The translations under genes were made by a program, and so were the position numbers. Below are positions 50,560 through 56,058 of a stretch of DNA of 56,058 nt, piece by piece. Source of the stretch: Octopus sinensis (taxonomy: Eukaryota); NCBI RefSeq assembly GCF_006345805.1, contig NW_021833858.1, positions 1 to 56,058 of the forward strand, read 5' to 3'. The notes beneath the pieces were generated by a model. It was given only the letters and a program-made list of their open reading frames with translations. It made no database searches and had not been told where the DNA came from. The stretch's first letter is position 1. Every line of letters starts with the position of its first letter.

Positions 50560-51370
50560 ATATCCTTCTTGGTGGGATGTAATGTATCTATTACACGTCC
50601 GGGCGAGGTTTCTTTTCTTGTCAATTGCTGCTGTTGCCCTCTAGCTTACAGAATATATACCCATGCATTGCTTTTTGTTGGCATGATGCCCGCTTCTCCT
50701 CCAAACTATGTTTGGTAGGCCAGTCCAGTCTCCTTCAGTTGCAGGAGACTGGTATATTCTCAGAGAACATGTCCAGTAGATTTTCACTAATTCTAAGATG
50801 TTTTGCTCTAATTTGAGTATTTATGGAATGTACTTATTTCTTTCTTCAGTGGCTGTTATTGGACGTTCAAAGGCAATTTGGACTGACTTGATACTTCTAC
50901 AACCATAAACTCGTTTAACATAGACTCTATCGCTATGGTCGTAAACGTAGAAGATACCAGCGGTTTGATGTCCAGTCTGCGTATCTAGTTGGGTGTTCAG
51001 TCAAACAATCCAAATGTTGGTACTAACACTGGCACTGCAAAAAGCATTGTGAGACATGGTCTTGTTAAATGCACCTGTTAGTGAGGAATAAAGTGGAATG
51101 ACTTGTTGTAGTCTAGCCATATTATTAAGAGATGACGGCGATGTTGCTGAGCTCCCTAAAGGAAAACTTTGTTGAGAAACTGCTCAACACAACCCCATAC
51201 ACCTTTCTTTCCTCCGGCCTGTTCATCAGTTATTACACCATTTCTTTAGCAGTGGTCTTGGAAAAACATATTCAGACAATCAGTGTGCAGTTTGCATATA
51301 ACTTTCAAGCATACTATAGGCCCATAGGTTTTGGCGACTGGGGCATCTTTGTTATTTATTTTTCTTTCTA
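50560..51370 (-). mobile_element. Decayed RLE-type LINE fragment (RT thumb region)
   Basis: DRVYVKR..G.RSIKSVQIAFE and GHH..KKQCMG-like motifs. Confidence 0.55.
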
Positions 51371-51529
51371 ACCTCAACAAAGTTGGATGTGGGTACAATT
51401 ATTTTGGTATTCTTGTGAGTGGGTTTGTCTATTTTTTTTATCTTGCTATCGTTCTGTTTTTTGCTGGATATGTACATTTATCTGCTAGTTTATGTGATGT
51501 GTGTTGACCATTTTGAAGCTAAATTATTA

Positions 51530-52290
51530 CTACAACAACAACAATTATCCCCACTACTACTACTACTACCGCTGCTGCTGCTGCTACAGATGGCATTATT
51601 ATTATTATTATTACTACCACTTTTATCAACTTAATTTTTCATCACTTTTATTACCATCACTATCTCTATCACTACTAGTATCATCATTTTCGTTGTATTT
51701 ATCAAGACTTGCGGTATAGGTGGTGGGGCACAAACGTAGACGCATCAAGGGCAAGTTTTCAATGCTGATGTAAGAAAGAAAAGAAAACAGAAATATATCT
51801 AGGTTTCTAAAGTTGATGAGAGAAAGGTAAAATTGAAAAGTATAAATAATGACTTGCAATCATTTTCCTTCAGCGAAACAAATGGCTAACGTTAATGAAG
51901 AAGAGGAAATCAAATGCTTTTAACCTGATTTTAAATTACTGTATAAGTAAACCTTTGTCCAAACAGTGACGATTGGACTCAGCGAAACAGAAAAACAACA
52001 TCGGAATACTGAGAAAACTGTTTGCAATAGCTCTGTCACTATCTGCTTCGATTTTCTCTATTTTGCTATTGTTTTCCTTTGCTGTTCCTAATGCACCTAC
52101 GATTACTGGTGTGATGTTTGAATGCTTTATTTTTCACATGCTGTTGATTTCATATTTAACTCGTTATAATTGATTTCATATTTCAATTCGTTATAATCAA
52201 TTATGATCAAATGCATGTTTAGCAATTTCTTCCAGCTCACTACGCTCTGAGTCCAAATGCTGTGAATAATGACTTTGCTTTAAGAAAATC
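51530..52290 (-). repeat. Inverted copy of composite block 6960-7900
   Basis: Collinear reverse-complement homology; lacks the part matching about 7250-7410. Confidence 0.75.
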
Positions 52291-52439
52291 AGTTATTTCC
52301 AAGTCGACAATGTTTTTCTTACAATGAGGATAATCGCCATGAAAACATTTTGTAGATCTGATACTTTTAGGTTTCCTGGCATATGAAATATTATATTTTT
52401 TTTTTGCGGTTCTCACATTTTGGGGATTTCCGGATATTT

Positions 52440-52800
52440 GAGCTGCCAGAATGGTTAGCACTCCGGACAAAGTGCTTAGCGGCATTTCATCCGTCTTTAC
52501 GGTCTGAGTTGATATATTCGTCATGATTAACTTCGCTTTCCATTGTTTCAGGGTCGAAAAATAAGTACTAGTTGAGTACTGGGATGGAAGTAATTGACTA
52601 GCCCCCTCCCTTAATCTCATGCCTTCTGCCTTAGTAGAAAAATGTTATTATTGTGGGTAAGGCGGCGTGCAGGGAGAATAATTAGCATACAGGGTTAAAT
52701 ACTTTGTGATATTTCGTCCGTCTTTACGTTCTGAGTTCAAACTCCGTCGAGGTCGACTTTAATTCTTTCGTGGTCGATAAAATAAGAACCAGTCCTAAAT
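52440..52800 (+). mobile_element. Two SINE family B copies
   Basis: TTACGTTCTGAGTTCAAACTCCGTCGAGGTCGACTTT..GTCGATAAAATAAG. Confidence 0.8.
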
Positions 52801-52984
52801 CTCATGTTCTCTGTTAATGCAATTGACAAAACCGCATTATTTAAGGGATGATCAAACATATACACATATATATTTAGCTAGCTAGCTAGCTAGCTAGATA
52901 GATAGATATATAGATAGATAGATAGATAGAATAAAAAAGAAGTGAAAAGGCAAACCGTTTGATAAAACTTGACAAAAAGATTTA

Positions 52985-53700
52985 ATGTAGATATAATTGA
53001 GGCTGAGGATTTTTAGATGTTAAATTACGCTGGTGTATTTTGGGTGACTGTTGGAAAAAAGGAATCAAAATCGTGGCCTAAGTAGGTGTGTAATTTTTGT
53101 TTATTATTTCATATCGTCTTTTGGATGGTTTCTAGAAATGCTTGATAGTGTGGCCTGCTCCATGGTTACACTGTGGGTGAAGTTGATATTTTGACATGTG
53201 TTCAGATCGCTGTTGTTGTTGCTATTTTTGGTGGTGTTCGTGATAATGCTGCACTCTTTATAGATTTATATGTTTTGCACGATACAAAATTTTCTATGTT
53301 CTGTTTTTCTATTGTTTATTTATATATTTGAATTTATTTCATTATTTAGTTGTTTAACGCAGATATTTATTTCGGTTCGGTGTGGTTTGATGATATGCAT
53401 TTGTGTCTGACACTGGTTTATTATGAATTTGATTGATTGATTGATTCTAGTTTCAGCTCATGAGCTGTGGCCATGCTGGGGCACGGCCATTTGTTTATTT
53501 CTGATGCGTAAATGCAGTTGTATTTCTCGATGTTTCATTGTGGATGCATTAGATGAATGTCTATAATCAATATCTATATGTTGCTGAATGTGGTAGTATT
53601 TATTGTAAAAACCTGATTCTGTTCTTGGTGAAATTCATTCAGTTCTGCCTCTCCACAAAAATTTATTACTTGTTTTTAAAATTTGTATAAGTATTTTTAA
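52985..53700 (-). mobile_element. Decayed APE-LINE endonuclease end/linker (direct repeat of 49530-50010), with SINE A tail at about 53430-53490
   Basis: Nucleotide homology to 49530-50010; weak endonuclease C-terminal echoes on the minus strand. Confidence 0.5.
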
Positions 53701-53879
53701 CTTTTATTATTATTGAGTAAGTATATTATTTTGATAATCGGTTAGTGCTCACAGGAAAGTTAGGAATTATTTATCAGGTGATTGTAGAAACTAGGAAGGG
53801 GACGCAGAATGTGATGTCTAGAGAGAAGAGCAGTTTATTCGGTGAGATAAACGTGTGTGTGTGTGTGTGTGTGTGTTAT

Positions 53880-54312
53880 GTGTGTGCACCTCAACTTCAC
53901 AGTAGAACTCTCAACTGCAGTCTCGATACACAATACCAAATTTCGTGGCAGGTCTTCCAGATCGCTCATTGTCTTCCAGGGACGTTCTTCTGCTTTGAAG
54001 AAAGCGTGCCACTCAAAAACGAAAGATTACCGAAGCATGATCAATGTCTCTGTAGCAGAGTTCCTAAGTTTAACGCAAAATTTCTCGTTGGCTGTTTGTT
54101 ACAACTTCCTGAGCATGACAAAATCGCGGACTACAGCATATATATGATCACATAAACACAAATTTCACAACTTGTGAAGTAAACACAAAAATTTCCCTCG
54201 GCATACTGCCTCAGGATGGTTATTGCAAGCTTTTATTACACATGCAACCATGTGCCGACATCTTTTGGCACGCTACAGAACTTCCCCTGGAACTTTTTGA
54301 TACCATCCCGTA
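53880..54312 (-). mobile_element. Mariner 5' fragment (TIR plus HTH domain)
   Basis: Minus strand starts TA-CGGGATGGTATCAAAAAGTTCC; encodes QTANEKFCVKL.NSATETL.MLR..FEWH..FK and EDNERSGRP. Confidence 0.8.
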
Positions 54313-56058
54313 CTACTTCCAGGCCATGTGAATATTGGAAAAGAGTTTCATGTATCATGATGATTCGTGTGGGGTATCAAAGTACTGACACCGTGACTGT
54401 TGTTCCATGATCTGTGAACGCTGTAAATACCATAAGATGTGACATAAACAGCTGCAACTGTGATATTGTGGCCAGCAGGAAGGGAGACAATAGGCATTCT
54501 GACTGCCTCTGCACTTCGAAATCCACCAACGACTTATGAACAGGTCTTTACGCTTAGTTTAGACGGCTATACGAAGATACTGAAGACTGTGGTTAAGTCT
54601 GGTAGGGGAAGATTGCTCTCTGAAGGCTACGTGTATGGCATCATGATTCGTCCCCTTGCTATATGTCCGGAAATAGTAAGAAGTGGTTGGTGGACAATTT
54701 CTATGATATCCCCAGTCCCAATACCAGGCTTCCTAATCCCCAGTTGTAATCCCATGAATTATAATGAGTGAGATGTGTTGAGAATGACAATACTTTCAGT
54801 TTGCACCATGAATACCGAGCATCTGGTGAAGATGTCGAAGGTGTTCGAAGATTTTCTCAAGCTCACATTGAAGGAATCATGCGCAAGTTTCCTGATCCGG
54901 CTTGAGATCGCAGTGGGAGCTGAGGGTGGTTATTTTGTGTAAATTTATCTCCCAGCCATATGTAGTTGATATTGTTTGAATTGCAATAGAGTAGCAGTCA
55001 GCGGAGAAAAAAAAACCTACGATTATTGACTGAGAGTAAAAGTGGAAGCTATAGGCATTGACAAAAATTCTGGAAACAGCATTCTCTGAACAGGCTTCAT
55101 ATATCTATTCTCAACAGAAAAGAAATCACTTCCTGTTTAGAGGCCGCATCTAGGTAACATAAACTAAGCAAGAACCTTGCAAAGACTCAGTCAGTACATC
55201 AGATGAAACTACGCACTGGATTTGCTTGCATACGATCGATATTTTCATACAACAATGTTTCTTATACATATACTGATATATAGAAAAACCCGAATCGACC
55301 TCGTAACTGAAGTGAAGGTCTTCATTGATCAGTAACGGAAGAAAGGTAAAAGCATGTGTTTTAAAGATTAAATTGCTTGTTTCACTCGGAGATTCTAGTT
55401 TCATTAGAACAATTTATCTCCAAACAATATAATTTTCTTTAAAAATTCGAAGGTCTTATGGACACTTCGACAGTTAATGAATAAGTTTATTACATTGTTG
55501 TCTAATATCGACTTTTGACACGATGTTGATTCTTAAAATTGCATTGCTCACAATTAACACTCGCAAATTCTATGAGGGCTGTATACATTTACTGAGTAAT
55601 CATGTTCATTGTATGAAACATTAAAAAAGTAAAGTAGAAGCTATTATGAAATGAAAGAAAAAAAATATTTCTTGATGATTAATATCATTTTTGCAGTTTG
55701 TATCAGTAAGTGCTTGAAACAATTTAGAACATATTTCAATTTTCGGCGGCGGTGAGTGTAACTTGCAAAAGAATTAGCTATCAAAACGATCAATAAAGGT
55801 AGAGAAATTAATGACGATCCAAAGGAATGAATTTGTTTGTTAGTTTCTAATAGTTTTATCATCATAAAAAAGAATTAAAATCGAAATAATATTATAATTT
55901 GAAGCGATTATCAGTTTTATAGATCTTCTTGATTAAAAATGGAAGACGCCGCTTACAAAAAGAGAAAATGGCAGGTAATAGAAAAAAAACATGATAAATA
56001 ATAATGTTCTTTAAGAACAAATGTAATTTCTCAGCTCCTTGGTTTTGTTTCGATCTCA
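54313..56058 (-). pseudogene. Decayed intronless coding-like segment of unknown family, copy 2
   Basis: Contains 84-aa ORF 55150-55404 (MKLESPSETS..KTHA..KKHC.MKISI) and 73-aa ORF 55644-55865, both homologous to 1360-2610. Runs off the window; ends at the mariner TA site. Confidence 0.55.

Noticed and set aside
55340-55404. ESP..LIFKTHAFTFLP as a sulfotransferase (PRLIKTHLP) motif
   Set aside because: Downstream RNPKD and 5' PAPS-binding motifs are missing; likely chance.
27000-56058. Paralogous PAN or C-type lectin exons expected if the inverted duplication included the gene
   Set aside because: I found no second set of exons by eye on either strand; a tblastn with the spliced protein would be decisive.

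Overview
Eukaryotic, AT-rich, microsatellite-dense genomic DNA. The SINEs and repeat landscape suggest an octopus (inference). I can support one host gene: a 3-exon plus-strand gene (CDS 13444-13798, 22271-22444, 24825-25063; about 255 aa) encoding a predicted secreted PAN/Apple plus C-type lectin protein with a non-canonical RPD/WND sugar-site motif. Its 8.5 kb first intron holds a roughly 6 kb antisense tandem array of RLE-type (R4/Dong-like) retrotransposons, each separated by (TAA)n. The rest is layered transposon debris: RTE, CR1-like and Tx1-like LINEs, Penelope-like relics (Naiad-like RT, GIY-YIG fragments, minimal hammerhead-ribozyme motifs), Helitrons, Tc1/mariner pieces and two tRNA-SINE families. 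The main unexplained structure is a pair of inverted, decayed, apparently intronless coding-like segments at the two window ends (about 1360-2610 and 54313-56058) that I could not assign to a family, plus further duplicated composite blocks. Coordinates of decayed elements are approximate. No database searches or alignments were computed.
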